Positions 1 to 10,619 of a stretch of 64,000 bases of DNA are shown here, piece by piece. This DNA is from an uncultured Candidatus Izemoplasmatales bacterium (GTDB lineage Bacteria; Bacillota_I; Bacilli_A; Izemoplasmatales; Hujiaoplasmataceae): contig CAYWUZ010000002.1 in assembly GCA_964461565.1 (NCBI GenBank), forward strand, positions 28,366 through 92,365. Reading direction: 5' to 3'. The number at the start of each line of letters is the position of its first letter. Positions within the stretch are counted from its first letter, which is position 1. The notes beneath the pieces are model-generated. The model was not told the origin of the DNA. It searched no databases and saw only the letters and a list, made by a program, of their open reading frames with translations. A program made the position numbers and the translations under genes.

Positions 1-1997
1 TAGGTGCTATTTATGAATCAACTCAAACAACATTTAGACTATGGGCACCTATTTCTGAATCTGTATCTTTAAATCTATATTCTAAAGGACATGAAGCAGA
101 TGAAATAGATTATAATGGTATAGCTGGAGTTGATAATCCTTATGACTCTATTGAAATGACAAGAATTGAAAATGGTGTTTTTGAAGTCATAGTTACAGGT
201 GATTTAGATGGTGTCTACTACACATTCACTGTAAACAATGATGGTAATCGTTATGAAGTCGTTGATCCATATGCATACTCTGCAGGTGTTAATGGTAAAC
301 GTGGTATGGTTATTGATTTTTCAAATACAAATCCTAATGGATGGGTATATGGTTCAAGACCAGATACCATTAATACATACACTGACGCTATTGTTTATGA
401 AGTACATGTGAGAGATCTAACAAGTCATGAATCTTGGAACGGAACTGAAGATTACCGTGGTAAATTCTTAGGATTAACTGAACGTGGTACAACTTACATG
501 AGTGTTACAACTGGTTTAGATCATATTATTGATTTAGGCGTGACTCATGTTCAATTTGTTCCAATATTTGATCATGGTATCATCGATGAAACTAGATTGA
601 ATGATGAAAGTTATTATGGTATTCATGATGGTATCTTTAACTGGGGTTATATGCCTGAGAATTTCAATGTTGTTGAAGGTTCATATTCAACTGATCCATA
701 TGATGGACATGTTCGCGTTGAAGAATTAAAAACAATGATTAATACTTTCCATAACAATGATATTCGAGTGATTATGGATGTTGTTTACAATCATACTGGA
801 AAATCAGCTGATTCTAATTTCGATTTGATCTTACCTGGTTACTATTTTAGAATGAACGAAGATGGTACTTTCTCTAATGGTTCTGGAACTGGTAATGAAA
901 CAGCTTCTGAAAGAGCGATGGTTAGAAAATATATGGTTGATTCACTTGTTTTCTGGACTGAAGAGTATAACATAGATGGTTTCAGATTTGACTTAATGAA
1001 ACTACATGATTTAGATACAATGAACGCTATTGTTGAAGCATTACACGCAATTGATCCAACCATTATGATCTTTGGTGAACCTTGGACAGGTGGTACTTCT
1101 ACTTTACCTGAAAGTGAATCTGCTTATAAATCTACTTTAAACCAAATGCCTGGTGTAGCCATATTCAATGACAATACCAGAGATGCAATTAAAGGAACTG
1201 TTTGGGGCGCTACAGCTCCTGGATTTATTCAAGGTTATTCAAATCCGAATGATAATTATGACAATCGTATTATTTACGCAGTTACTGGTGGAGAAAATAG
1301 AATTCCTACACAAATGGTTAATTATGTAACTGCTCATGATAATAACACTTTATATGATAAAATTATGTTAAGTACGACTGGATTAAATGATGATCAAATA
1401 GCAAAAATGCAAAAACAAGCTAACGGAATTATTATGACATCTCAAGGTATCGCTTTCTTACATGCGGGTGTTGAGATTATGAGAACTAAACCTTGTGTTC
1501 CTGGTGGAAATACTTGTGATATTTATAATCTATATGATCATAACTCATACCGTTCACCAGATGAAACAAATCAAATTGATTGGCAATGGAAAGTTGATAA
1601 TTTGGAAGTCTTTGAATATTATCAAACAATGATTGCTTTAAGAAAAGCTAAAGATGTCTTCCGTTTATCAACAAAGGCCGAAATTGATTCTCAAATCACA
1701 ATTTTGAATGATGGTATTGATGGATTAATTGCTTATATTCTAAGAGATCCTAACGATAATTGGAAAACAACTTATGTTATTCATAATAATGGTAAAGAAT
1801 CTAGAAATTATACCTTACATGGTAGCACAACATGGAATTTAGTTCTTGGAATGGATGCCGCTGAATTAAGAACTGTGACTGATGGAGATAATACTTATTA
1901 TACATTTGATATTATATCTACATTCACTGGTGGACAAAGCATTGGCTTAGAACCTAATGAGACTTTAATTCTATATAGTGAAGATATTATAAATTAA
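1..1997 (+). CDS. pulA: Type I pullulanase (GH13), 5'-partial at the window edge
   Basis: The track ORF is 156..1997, but the frame stays open upstream to nt 3. That extension encodes GAIYESTQTTFRLWAPISESVSLNLY, a CBM48-type pullulanase N-domain. GH13 motifs are present: DVVYNHT, GFRFDLM, FGEPW, YVTAHDN. Confidence 0.9.
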   Translation, partial: GAIYESTQTTFRLWAPISESVSLNLYSKGHEADEIDYNGIAGVDNPYDSIEMTRIENGVFEVIVTGDLDGVYYTFTVNNDGNRYEVVDPYAYSAGVNGKRGMVIDFSNTNPNGWVYGSRPDTINTYTDAIVYEVHVRDLTSHESWNGTEDYRGKFLGLTERGTTYMSVTTGLDHIIDLGVTHVQFVPIFDHGIIDETRLNDESYYGIHDGIFNWGYMPENFNVVEGSYSTDPYDGHVRVEELKTMINTFHNNDIRVIMDVVYNHTGKSADSNFDLILPGYYFRMNEDGTFSNGSGTGNETASERAMVRKYMVDSLVFWTEEYNIDGFRFDLMKLHDLDTMNAIVEALHAIDPTIMIFGEPWTGGTSTLPESESAYKSTLNQMPGVAIFNDNTRDAIKGTVWGATAPGFIQGYSNPNDNYDNRIIYAVTGGENRIPTQMVNYVTAHDNNTLYDKIMLSTTGLNDDQIAKMQKQANGIIMTSQGIAFLHAGVEIMRTKPCVPGGNTCDIYNLYDHNSYRSPDETNQIDWQWKVDNLEVFEYYQTMIALRKAKDVFRLSTKAEIDSQITILNDGIDGLIAYILRDPNDNWKTTYVIHNNGKESRNYTLHGSTTWNLVLGMDAAELRTVTDGDNTYYTFDIISTFTGGQSIGLEPNETLILYSEDIIN

Positions 1998-2009
1998 TCT
2001 AATTTAAAA

Positions 2010-2041
2010 AGTTTCATCCCTTGAGGATGGAACTTTTTTTA
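2010..2041 (+). terminator. Rho-independent terminator of pulA
   Basis: 10-bp stem agtttcatcc/ggatggaact (one G:U) with a 5-nt loop, followed by T7. Confidence 0.7.
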
Positions 2042-2043
2042 TA

Positions 2044-2076
2044 TAAAAAAAGATATTCAATAATCTTGAATATCTT
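2044..2076 (-). terminator. Rho-independent terminator of the maltodextrin operon (minus strand)
   Basis: 11-bp stem aagatattcaa/ttgaatatctt with a 5-nt loop. A T-run follows on the minus strand, just past the stop at 2088. Confidence 0.7.
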
Positions 2077-2087
2077 TTTGATTATAT

Positions 2088-3758
2088 TTATTTTAAAACA
2101 ACTGATGTTAGCGGTCCTAATGTCAATGTTTGGCCATCTAATGATGCTTGAGACAATCCTACATAACCACTGAGTTGACTAAACTGATAATCTGTATATA
2201 GACTTAAATCAATTGTAACTTCACTAGAGGATGTATTGTGAAACACACCTACAGTAGAGTTCTCATAAGTAGATAAAAATCCACCAAATGTCACATATCC
2301 TTCAAATGATAAAGGTGTGTATTCACCTCTTGCTATTTCAGGATTTGCGTTTCTAAGAACAATTAATTTTTTATAATGGTTATATAATGATGTTTGATCA
2401 CCAATTTGATCTTGGACTGAACCATATCTCTGTCTTTCTATAGACCAAGTCGCTCCTATAGGATTAGTGACAGTATCTCCGTCGCCCCAATTCATTGCTA
2501 AACGTCGGTTTGCATCAGTGCTTTCAGTAGATCTTGAACCTAACATTCCAATTTCTTCTCCATAATAAATGAAGGGAGTTCCATATGTTAACATATATAA
2601 ATTAGCAGCCATATGCATGACATAATCATCAACTGTTAGATAACCAGCTGCTCTATTCATATCATGATTTGAGATAAAGGGTTGTAATATAGCATTTGGA
2701 TTTACTTGTTTAACACTATCTTTATATGAATCTAAATATGAAACAAAATCATTGACACTTTCTATGTTTTTAACTGTCATTGATACAAATCCATTTAATT
2801 GCGATAAACCAAAGTCAAAATTATTAAATGGTTCGTAATATGGAAATATTAATTCATCACTATCCCACATCTCACCAACAACATATGCTTGGTCATCTAG
2901 TTTATGGACTTCATCCATAAACCAATTCCAAAACTCAATGTTTTTTTGATGTTCATCATAGTAAGGATATTTTACTGCATCTAGTCTAAAACCTTTAACA
3001 CCTTTACCAAACCAAAACTCAATGATATCAATAATTTCTTCTTTAACTAATTCACTATCTAAATTTAGTTCTGGCATCTCTGACCAGAAGTTTCCTTCAT
3101 AATAGAGATCCCCATGAAAATGATAGTATTTTCGATTTGATTGTTTTTCGTTTTCTGTCACTAGTGTGTAATATTCCATATAGGGATTATCATAATCACC
3201 ATTTCTAGCAGCATCTAAAGCATTTAGAAACCAAGGGTGTTGTGAAGATGTATGATTAATCACTAAATCAATGATAATATCAATGCCTCTTGCATTTGCC
3301 TCAGAAACTAATGTTTCAAAGTCTTCAATCGACCCATATTGTGGATCTATTGCTTGATAATTAGTTGTGTCATATTTATGATAACTTGGCGAGGGCATAA
3401 TAGGCATAAACCAGATTCCTGTAATTCCTAAACTTGTTCCAGAGTTAGGGTCACCGTCATTTAGATAATCTAAGCGATTAATAACGCCTTGAAGATCACC
3501 CATGCCATCATTATTACTATCTGAAAATGTGCCAACTAATATTTCATAGTATACTCGGTAATTGTCATCAATCATATTTGCTTCTAATCCTTCATTATTA
3601 AGTATGTATTCACCGTTGATATCTGTGGTTGCTTCAGTGGTTAAATTAGATGTTAATGCGTCAGTCGTATCAGAATCATTTGTACAACTGAATGTTATCA
3701 ATGAAAAACAAGTTAGTAATAATAAAACCAAGTATTTTTTTATCATAGAATTAATCAT
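2088..3758 (-). CDS. Secreted GH13 alpha-amylase-family glycosidase, probable lipoprotein
   Basis: N-terminal hydrophobic signal ending in Cys (LLLLTCFSLITFSC). GH13 motifs DLVINHTS, GFRLDAVKY, VGEMWD, FISNHDMNR. The ATG overlaps the upstream permease stop (ATGA). Confidence 0.85.
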   Translation of the reverse strand: MINSMIKKYLVLLLLTCFSLITFSCTNDSDTTDALTSNLTTEATTDINGEYILNNEGLEANMIDDNYRVYYEILVGTFSDSNNDGMGDLQGVINRLDYLNDGDPNSGTSLGITGIWFMPIMPSPSYHKYDTTNYQAIDPQYGSIEDFETLVSEANARGIDIIIDLVINHTSSQHPWFLNALDAARNGDYDNPYMEYYTLVTENEKQSNRKYYHFHGDLYYEGNFWSEMPELNLDSELVKEEIIDIIEFWFGKGVKGFRLDAVKYPYYDEHQKNIEFWNWFMDEVHKLDDQAYVVGEMWDSDELIFPYYEPFNNFDFGLSQLNGFVSMTVKNIESVNDFVSYLDSYKDSVKQVNPNAILQPFISNHDMNRAAGYLTVDDYVMHMAANLYMLTYGTPFIYYGEEIGMLGSRSTESTDANRRLAMNWGDGDTVTNPIGATWSIERQRYGSVQDQIGDQTSLYNHYKKLIVLRNANPEIARGEYTPLSFEGYVTFGGFLSTYENSTVGVFHNTSSSEVTIDLSLYTDYQFSQLSGYVGLSQASLDGQTLTLGPLTSVVLK

Positions 3759-4717
3759 TTAACTGATCCAGAAGTAACACCTTCAACGTAGTATTTTTGT
3801 AAGGATAAGAATAGTACAACAATTGGAATAGCGACAATGACAGAACCAGCAGCGAATAATGTGAATGTATTACTATCGTTTTGAGTACTATACATCCAGT
3901 CATAAAGACCAATAGCCACCGTATGATTCTTGGTATTATCAATACCTAAGATAACTCTAGCAAAGATAAAGTCCATCCAAGGACCAATAAAGGTCATTAA
4001 TGCTGTATAAATAATGATCGGTTTAGATATTGGTAAGATAATACTCGTAAAAATTCTTGCATTTGAAGCACCATCAATTTTAGCTGCTTCTACTAATGAA
4101 TTTGGAATAATATCAAAGAATCCCTTAGCGATATAAAAGCCTAATCCAGAACCAGCTGAATATACTAATACTAACGCATAAAGCGAACCAGTTAATCCAA
4201 ATGCTTTTAAAACAAAGTAAACAGCAATCATTGACATAAATCCAGGGAATAACCCTAAAATAATTGCAAGATTAAGAAATAGCTTTCTCTTTTGAAATTT
4301 AATTTTACTCATAACATAAGCAACAGATAATTGCATAAATGTTGAAATAATAAATGATCCTGTTGCGACTAACAATGTATTTAAGAACCATCTAGGGAAT
4401 AATGTCTCAGTAAACAATTCTTTGTAAACTGCAAAACCAAAATCAGAAGGGAAATAATTAGATTGTACGATACCAACTAAAGATCCTACATCGTTATATT
4501 GTTCTCTAAAAGAGTGTAAGACGATCCATAAGATAGGATAAAGCCATACAACTACTAGTGCAATTAATATTGCATAAGCAATTGATGTTGAAATAGCTTT
4601 TTTAATCATTTTCTTTCTTCTAATATCATTTTTATTAGGCACAACTACTGGTTTTGAATTCATACCAGCATGGATTTGTGGGTCTTGATGTGCTTGATTA
4701 ACATTTTTATCCATCAT
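3755..4717 (-). CDS. Carbohydrate (maltodextrin-type) ABC transporter permease, MalG-like
   Basis: 320 aa and polytopic, with the binding-protein-dependent permease signature region (AKIDGASNARIFTSIILP). ATGA overlap with the upstream permease gene. Confidence 0.85.
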   Translation of the reverse strand: MMDKNVNQAHQDPQIHAGMNSKPVVVPNKNDIRRKKMIKKAISTSIAYAILIALVVVWLYPILWIVLHSFREQYNDVGSLVGIVQSNYFPSDFGFAVYKELFTETLFPRWFLNTLLVATGSFIISTFMQLSVAYVMSKIKFQKRKLFLNLAIILGLFPGFMSMIAVYFVLKAFGLTGSLYALVLVYSAGSGLGFYIAKGFFDIIPNSLVEAAKIDGASNARIFTSIILPISKPIIIYTALMTFIGPWMDFIFARVILGIDNTKNHTVAIGLYDWMYSTQNDSNTFTLFAAGSVIVAIPIVVLFLSLQKYYVEGVTSGSVK

Positions 4718-6303
4718 TGGAAGGTATCCTCCTCTTTATAAGCTTTACTACGTCTATACGTTAATAGTGTCGCAGATGCAGTGATGATAAATGTAAAGAT
4801 CGCGATAACTGATCCAACGTTATAATCTTTTTGGTCAATGGTCATTTTAAATAGCCATGTAACCAAAAGATCCGTTCCTCCAGCATATCCTTCTCCTCTT
4901 GGTCCACCACCTGTCAGTAAGTAAATAATATTAAAGCTGGTAATATTTCCAATAAAACTTGTAATCAAGTATGGTGTTGTAATAAAAACGATGTATGGAA
5001 CAGTAATATTTTTGAAGGCTTGAAACTTACTAGCACCATCAATTTGTGCTGCTTCATAAGTATCTTTTGGAACATTCATTAAAATACCACTGGTCATTAA
5101 CATTGTATAAGGTACACCAATCCATAGATTAATCACTAAAACAGAAATACGAGCTGTTGTAATTGAATCAGCCCTATCTAAAAACTCCATCGGAGCACTT
5201 AAGATACCAAAGTTTTGTAATAACTCATTAAACGGTCCATCAAATGAAACTAACTGTCTAACAGCTAATAGTGTAATAAACTGAGGTAAAGCAATGGTCA
5301 ATACAAATATTGTTCTCCATAATTTTTTTAACTTTATCTCATGTTTATTAATAAGTAATGCAAGTAAAATACCACCAATGTAATTTGTGAATGTAGCAAA
5401 GAAGGCCCAAATAAGTGTCCATGATAATACTGGTAAGAAATTAAGTCCTATTTCACTAGTACTTTCAAAAACAGCTAAGAAATTATCAAAACCAACCCAA
5501 CTGAATAACTGTGAACCAGCGACCATACCTTTACCCCAATCAGTAAAAGCAATTAATATCATGAAAATCGTTGGAATTAAGGTAAACAATGAAACACCAA
5601 TGATTGTTGGTAGTAATAATAATATATGGAATCTCGAATCTAATAAAGCTCTTAAATCTTGCCGGAAGGTTTTTGGTTTCTTACCTTTCTCCAGATCTTT
5701 TTGCACTTGATATGCACTCTTTATATTGGCTAGCCAAGCGTATATCATCACAACAATGATTGCGATCATAAATACACCAAACAATAACATTAACATTGAA
5801 TTATCGGCTGATCGAACACCCGCTGCCCCATCTCCAGGATTCGTTCCTAAAGTGATTAGATTGCCAATTGATTTATATCCTAATGGTGTTCCAGGGTCAA
5901 CAATATCATAACCTATGATTTCAAATGTAACTTCATCATAAAGAGGTCTTACTGATTTATTGATTACAGGGTTACCAAAGAATAAAGCTAGGAAACCAAC
6001 TTGTATCAATAAAAATACTAAACCTTTAAGAATTTGTTTATGATAGATATTCCCAAACCCCATAAAAACATGTGATAATTTTGTTCCTAAATCTCCGTCT
6101 TTAAATCTTTCTAGAAAAACCTTGGTATTTTCAGAAATTGATTTTCCAAATCTTACAAATTTATTTGGTATATCTTTGAAAAAATTAAAAATGCCAACAA
6201 AAAAGTTAACAAAGATATGAAAGATTTTCAAAAAGAAAGAAACTAAGGCATCGATTATTTTACTCAATAAACTCTTATTATAATTTTTATCGTTATTCTG
6301 CAT
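4714..6303 (-). CDS. Carbohydrate ABC transporter permease, MalF-like, with a long N-terminal extension
   Basis: 529 aa and polytopic, with EAA-type loop AAQIDGASKFQAFKNITVP. Lies between the binding protein and the MalG-like gene. Confidence 0.85.
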   Translation of the reverse strand: MQNNDKNYNKSLLSKIIDALVSFFLKIFHIFVNFFVGIFNFFKDIPNKFVRFGKSISENTKVFLERFKDGDLGTKLSHVFMGFGNIYHKQILKGLVFLLIQVGFLALFFGNPVINKSVRPLYDEVTFEIIGYDIVDPGTPLGYKSIGNLITLGTNPGDGAAGVRSADNSMLMLLFGVFMIAIIVVMIYAWLANIKSAYQVQKDLEKGKKPKTFRQDLRALLDSRFHILLLLPTIIGVSLFTLIPTIFMILIAFTDWGKGMVAGSQLFSWVGFDNFLAVFESTSEIGLNFLPVLSWTLIWAFFATFTNYIGGILLALLINKHEIKLKKLWRTIFVLTIALPQFITLLAVRQLVSFDGPFNELLQNFGILSAPMEFLDRADSITTARISVLVINLWIGVPYTMLMTSGILMNVPKDTYEAAQIDGASKFQAFKNITVPYIVFITTPYLITSFIGNITSFNIIYLLTGGGPRGEGYAGGTDLLVTWLFKMTIDQKDYNVGSVIAIFTFIITASATLLTYRRSKAYKEEDTFQ

Positions 6304-6328
6304 AATCTTTCTCCCTTATAAATGGCAA

Positions 6329-6355
6329 GAACTACTGCTTTTTGTGCAGCAGTTC
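6329..6355 (-). other. Intercistronic stem-loop between the binding-protein and permease genes
   Basis: 10-bp stem (gaactgctgc/gcagtagttc on the minus strand, one G:U) with a 7-nt loop and no U-tract. Folding the plus strand gives an A:C mismatch instead of the G:U. Confidence 0.4.
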
Positions 6356-6374
6356 AACCACTTAATCTATTATA

Positions 6375-7757
6375 TTAGTTATTGTTTCTCCAAGTTGCTT
6401 CAACTAACTCCATTTGAGCAATAATTTCAGCATCTGTACTAAAATTACCATCTCTATTAATCAATAAATCAAATATTTTTTCAGGGCCTTGTTTTTGATA
6501 ATAATAGAAATTAAATCTAGCATCCACACCAAATGGTTGTGGAATTCCGAATTGGAACATTGCTATTTGAGAAACAGCTAATTGTGTTAGAATATCATCG
6601 CCACTCATACCATCAAATTCTGTTAAAGCATTTTTATAAGCTGGTAAAGTTCCATTTTCTAAGAAAGATGCTTCTTGAATACTTTTTTCTGTCATATATA
6701 ACAAGATTGGTTGTAAGAATTGTAAATGAACACTTCTTTTATTCATTACAAACATTTTTGCGTCAGCAAATGTTCCTGACTGCATTACAGTTCCAGCTTC
6801 AATTGTTCCATAAGCATCATCTTCAGTTAAAGTAAATTGAGGTAATACTGCAACACTCAATTTTGTTCCTAAAGCAGCTTGAGCTGCGTTAAAATGCCAT
6901 GAACCACCGATAATTGATAATGTATCGCCATTTGTTAATTCTACTTCCCAACCAGATGAAGAAGCTTCTCCAGCTCCATTAGGGTCACTAAAGAATCTTT
7001 GTCCCCATTTCATAACTGATATAGCACCATCATTAACAAATTCAGTGTTTGTTAAAACACCACCTTCATAAATTTTGACTGGCATAACGCCTGTTTCAGC
7101 ATTAGAAGCTAAAACTAAGAATGAATTATTAAATCCATCAAGTCCAGTAACTGTCGTAGCTTTAGTATCATTTTCTTTAGCTACAGCCCAAATACCTTCC
7201 CAAGTTTTAACATCATCTTCAGTTAAGTATTCGTTGTTATAATAAAGAATTAATGATTGAGCTTCATAAGGAACACCAAAAACATAGTCAACTTCTTCAG
7301 ATGTACCTGTAATAACATTAATAATTTCTTGTGTATTTTGCTCATTAATTTGTGCTAATAAAGTTTCACTAGTCACAGGTGAAATTGCTGGAGAACCAGA
7401 AATTAAACGTCCTAAATTATCATGTGCAACAGAAAGAATATCCGGTCCAGCTGCAGGGTCATCTAAAAATACACCGGCTGCCGTTCCACCATCTACTGGT
7501 CTTACTTCTATTGTATGTGGATAGAAATATGGTAAAGCAGGATTTGCATTGTATTCAGCAATATATTCATTAACTACTTCTTGATAGAAATCAGCTGATT
7601 CAATTCCAACCCATATAACAATATTTCCTGCTTCTACATGTGGATTATCCACTTTTTCTGTACTTTCGTTTGCTTCTGTTGTTTCAGCAGAGTCAGAACA
7701 ACCAACAAATGCAATGGCCATCAGAGCTAGCAACGATAAAGCTAATATTTTTTTCAT
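6375..7757 (-). CDS. Sugar/maltodextrin ABC transporter substrate-binding lipoprotein (MalE/CycB-like)
   Basis: Signal peptide plus lipobox (MAIAFVGC). 460 aa family-1 solute-binding-like sequence. First gene of the transporter operon. Confidence 0.8.
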   Translation of the reverse strand: MKKILALSLLALMAIAFVGCSDSAETTEANESTEKVDNPHVEAGNIVIWVGIESADFYQEVVNEYIAEYNANPALPYFYPHTIEVRPVDGGTAAGVFLDDPAAGPDILSVAHDNLGRLISGSPAISPVTSETLLAQINEQNTQEIINVITGTSEEVDYVFGVPYEAQSLILYYNNEYLTEDDVKTWEGIWAVAKENDTKATTVTGLDGFNNSFLVLASNAETGVMPVKIYEGGVLTNTEFVNDGAISVMKWGQRFFSDPNGAGEASSSGWEVELTNGDTLSIIGGSWHFNAAQAALGTKLSVAVLPQFTLTEDDAYGTIEAGTVMQSGTFADAKMFVMNKRSVHLQFLQPILLYMTEKSIQEASFLENGTLPAYKNALTEFDGMSGDDILTQLAVSQIAMFQFGIPQPFGVDARFNFYYYQKQGPEKIFDLLINRDGNFSTDAEIIAQMELVEATWRNNN

Positions 7758-7794
7758 AATTTTCTCCTCTTTTCTTTTTTATTCTACATGTATA

Positions 7795-7824
7795 ATTCTA
7801 TCATAAATTAACGTTTTTTAGCAA
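7795..7824 (-). promoter_or_regulatory. Sigma-A type promoter TTGCTA-18-TAGAAT with a candidate operator palindrome in the spacer
   Basis: On the minus strand: TTGCTA (7824..7819), an 18-nt spacer, TAGAAT (7800..7795). The imperfect 17-bp palindrome TAAAAAACGTTAATTTA (7804..7820) fills the spacer. Confidence 0.45.
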
Positions 7825-7902
7825 GGTGATTAGCCTAAAAAATCAATATATACCTGTTATTTTTAAATAAAAGTAAAGGGTTTTCATTAATCACTTAAAA
7901 TT

Positions 7903-9603
7903 CTACTTAATTATTTGGTATATTCTTGATTCGTATGGAATTAATTTGTCATCTATCATATCTAATTTATCAATGTTTGAGAAGAATAACTGAGCATTTT
8001 TAGGTATTGTAATTTTATTTTCAATCAATTTATTTGAAAAATTTGTGATGACAAGATAATCATAATTCTTACCCGTTGTTTGATAAGCAAAAATATTAGG
8101 GTCTTCTAATAAAATAAATTGACAATCACCATATGCTAATGCTTCTTCTTTTCTTAATTGAATCAACATCTTATATGTGTTTAAAATAGAATCATCTTTC
8201 TTTTCTTGGTTTAAAACATTTATAGTTTTATAGTTACCTACTACATTAATCCATGGTTTATGTTGACTAAACCCAGCATATAATTCATCATTCCATTGCA
8301 TTGGACTTCTTGCATTATCTCTTGAACGATCTCTTAATGCTTGCATAGCTACTTCATGAGTCGCTCCATTTTTCATAAAGTTATCATATTCAGTGAATAC
8401 TTCTACATCCCTAAAATCAGATAAATTTTGATAATCAACATTTGTCATACCAATTTCTTCACCATAATATATGATTGGTGTTCCTGGTAATAAATACAAT
8501 GTCGAAGCCAACATTTTTGCACTTCTTTCATAATATACCAAATCATCACCATAATGAGAGACAACCCTAGGTTGATCGTGATTATGCCAATAGATGGTAT
8601 TCCATCCTTTTCCTTTAAATACGTCTATCCAATGAGAAAAACTTTCCTTAATGTGAACTAAATCAATTTTACCTTTAGCCCACTTGCCAGGCGTTATTTT
8701 ATTTAATGGATCCGTATCCGCCCAACAATGTCCAAATTGAATCAACATATTAAACTCTTTGCCATCAAATCCAGCATACTGTAAAGCTTCTTCTTTTTTA
8801 GCACCACCTGATTCTCCGATAGTCATTAAATTATTAGGAATAAATAATTCAGTTCCTAACTCTTCTAAATAATCATGATGTTTTGGCAATGATGAAAAGT
8901 GTTCATATCCAGGATTTGCATCTGGAAAATCCCAGTTCTTTTCTAAATGATTCGAAGCATCCACTCTAAAGCCGTCGATTCCTAAATCGATCCACCATTG
9001 AATCATTGTTTTGAGTTCTTTTCGCATTTCTTGATTGCGCCAATTTAAATCAGGCATCTTTTTGCTAAAAATGTGTAAATAATATTCATTAGTAAGTTGA
9101 TTATATTCCCAAACTGGACCACCAAACCAAGAAACCCATTGAGTTGGTAATTTTCTTTCTCCTGTTTCATCATATGTTGGCGGTTGCCAAATATAGTAAT
9201 CATGGTATTTTTGATGTTCTGGATGATTTGGATCTTTGGCAGCTATAAACCAAGGATGTTCATCAGATGTATGATTTAATACCAAATCAGTAATTATTTT
9301 TATACCTCTGTGATGAGCTTCATAGATAAGTTTTTTAAAATCATCGATTGTTCCATAATCTTCACTGACTTTAAAGAAATTTCTAACGTCATAACCATTA
9401 TCATCCATCGGTGAGTCATAATGAGGAGAAATCCATAATGTATTAACACCTAACGCCTCTAAATAATCAAGTCGTTGAATAACACCTTGAATATCACCAA
9501 TACCATCGTTATTTGAATCTTGAAAACTTCTTAAATATATTTGATAAATGATTGCATCTTGCCACCAATATTGTTTCATCATTTCCTCCTGAAAATTGTT
9601 CAT
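7903..9603 (-). CDS. Oligo-1,6-glucosidase / alpha-glucosidase (GH13_31)
   Basis: Motifs DLVLNHTSDEHPWF, GIDGFRVDA, HNHDQPR, plus N-terminal WWQDAIIYQIY. The more likely start is MMKQYWW at 9582/9579, preceded by GGAGG. Confidence 0.9.
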   Translation of the reverse strand: MNNFQEEMMKQYWWQDAIIYQIYLRSFQDSNNDGIGDIQGVIQRLDYLEALGVNTLWISPHYDSPMDDNGYDVRNFFKVSEDYGTIDDFKKLIYEAHHRGIKIITDLVLNHTSDEHPWFIAAKDPNHPEHQKYHDYYIWQPPTYDETGERKLPTQWVSWFGGPVWEYNQLTNEYYLHIFSKKMPDLNWRNQEMRKELKTMIQWWIDLGIDGFRVDASNHLEKNWDFPDANPGYEHFSSLPKHHDYLEELGTELFIPNNLMTIGESGGAKKEEALQYAGFDGKEFNMLIQFGHCWADTDPLNKITPGKWAKGKIDLVHIKESFSHWIDVFKGKGWNTIYWHNHDQPRVVSHYGDDLVYYERSAKMLASTLYLLPGTPIIYYGEEIGMTNVDYQNLSDFRDVEVFTEYDNFMKNGATHEVAMQALRDRSRDNARSPMQWNDELYAGFSQHKPWINVVGNYKTINVLNQEKKDDSILNTYKMLIQLRKEEALAYGDCQFILLEDPNIFAYQTTGKNYDYLVITNFSNKLIENKITIPKNAQLFFSNIDKLDMIDDKLIPYESRIYQIIK

Positions 9604-9711
9604 TAATTTGTTTTATTATAACATATTATGTAATAGATGTTGGATATAATTTTACATAAACGTCAGAAAAAAAGCAGCCATATAGACTACTTAAAAAACG
9701 ATGAAGAATGA

Positions 9712-10497
9712 CTAATTGTATTTATCCATTATATATTGTACTTTCGGTGATTTTTTTGAGTTCATCGATATGGATTGTGTTGGACAAATATTAATACAGC
9801 GATAACAGGCTGTACATGTTGGATGAGTAACAACTCGATTGTTTTCAATGATTAAACTACTTGTCGGACATGCTTCAACACATTGATTGCATAGAATACA
9901 AGTGTTGTGGTGTATCTTTAGTTTTGTTCGCATCTTTGGATAAAAATAATATCCATAGAGTCTTTGAAAAATAAAACCTATAAAACGAGAGTAAAAATGC
10001 CGACCCATTCTAATCGTTTTACCTTGGTTAATTTTTTGGATGATTCTTTTTATTCGTTGGTTCGCCTTTTCGATAATAGGTCTACTCTCTTCTAAAGTTT
10101 TGGGTCTCAAAAACTGTACATCAGTGATATTGTTTGGCATATTGATATGAATGCTATGTTCAAGTCTAACATGAGCTTTCTTTAATAATCGATAAGCTAA
10201 AGCACCACCATCACCACTAAAAACCATTTGTGTAACAATGGTTGATATATTTTTACCTTTAAAATCATCTAAATGACTGAGTAAAAAGTCTTTCATCAAA
10301 AACGGTAATAGACTACCGTGAATAGGATATCCAATAAAAATTGTTTCTGCAGATTGAATCATTAAACTAAAATCAACATCTTTATCTTCAATTGATATTA
10401 AATCATAGGGATGACGATCATATAATGATGCGAAAGTCTCCATGACATATCTTGTATTACCTGTTCCAGAAAAATATAGATATAAGTTTTTTTTCAA
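9712..10497 (-). CDS. Flavodoxin-like domain fused to a 2x[4Fe-4S] ferredoxin domain (EFR1-type)
   Basis: N-terminal YFSGTGNTRYV flavodoxin-like loop. C-terminal CILCNQCVEACP and CTACYRCINICP cluster motifs. Confidence 0.75.
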   Translation of the reverse strand: MKKNLYLYFSGTGNTRYVMETFASLYDRHPYDLISIEDKDVDFSLMIQSAETIFIGYPIHGSLLPFLMKDFLLSHLDDFKGKNISTIVTQMVFSGDGGALAYRLLKKAHVRLEHSIHINMPNNITDVQFLRPKTLEESRPIIEKANQRIKRIIQKINQGKTIRMGRHFYSRFIGFIFQRLYGYYFYPKMRTKLKIHHNTCILCNQCVEACPTSSLIIENNRVVTHPTCTACYRCINICPTQSISMNSKKSPKVQYIMDKYN

Positions 10498-10567
10498 TTA
10501 AATCACCTCATTAATACAACTATTTAATCAAAGTATAATCAAATTATACCATAGATGATTTTGAATA

Positions 10568-10610
10568 ATAAAAAAAAAAGGTTTATTCCACATAAACGAA
10601 ATAAACCTTT
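10568..10610 (-). terminator. Terminator downstream of the tRNA-Arg cluster
   Basis: 11-bp stem aaaggtttatt/aataaaccttt with a 12-nt loop, then T9-10 on the minus strand. Confidence 0.7.
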
Positions 10611-10619
10611 ATATTTAAT

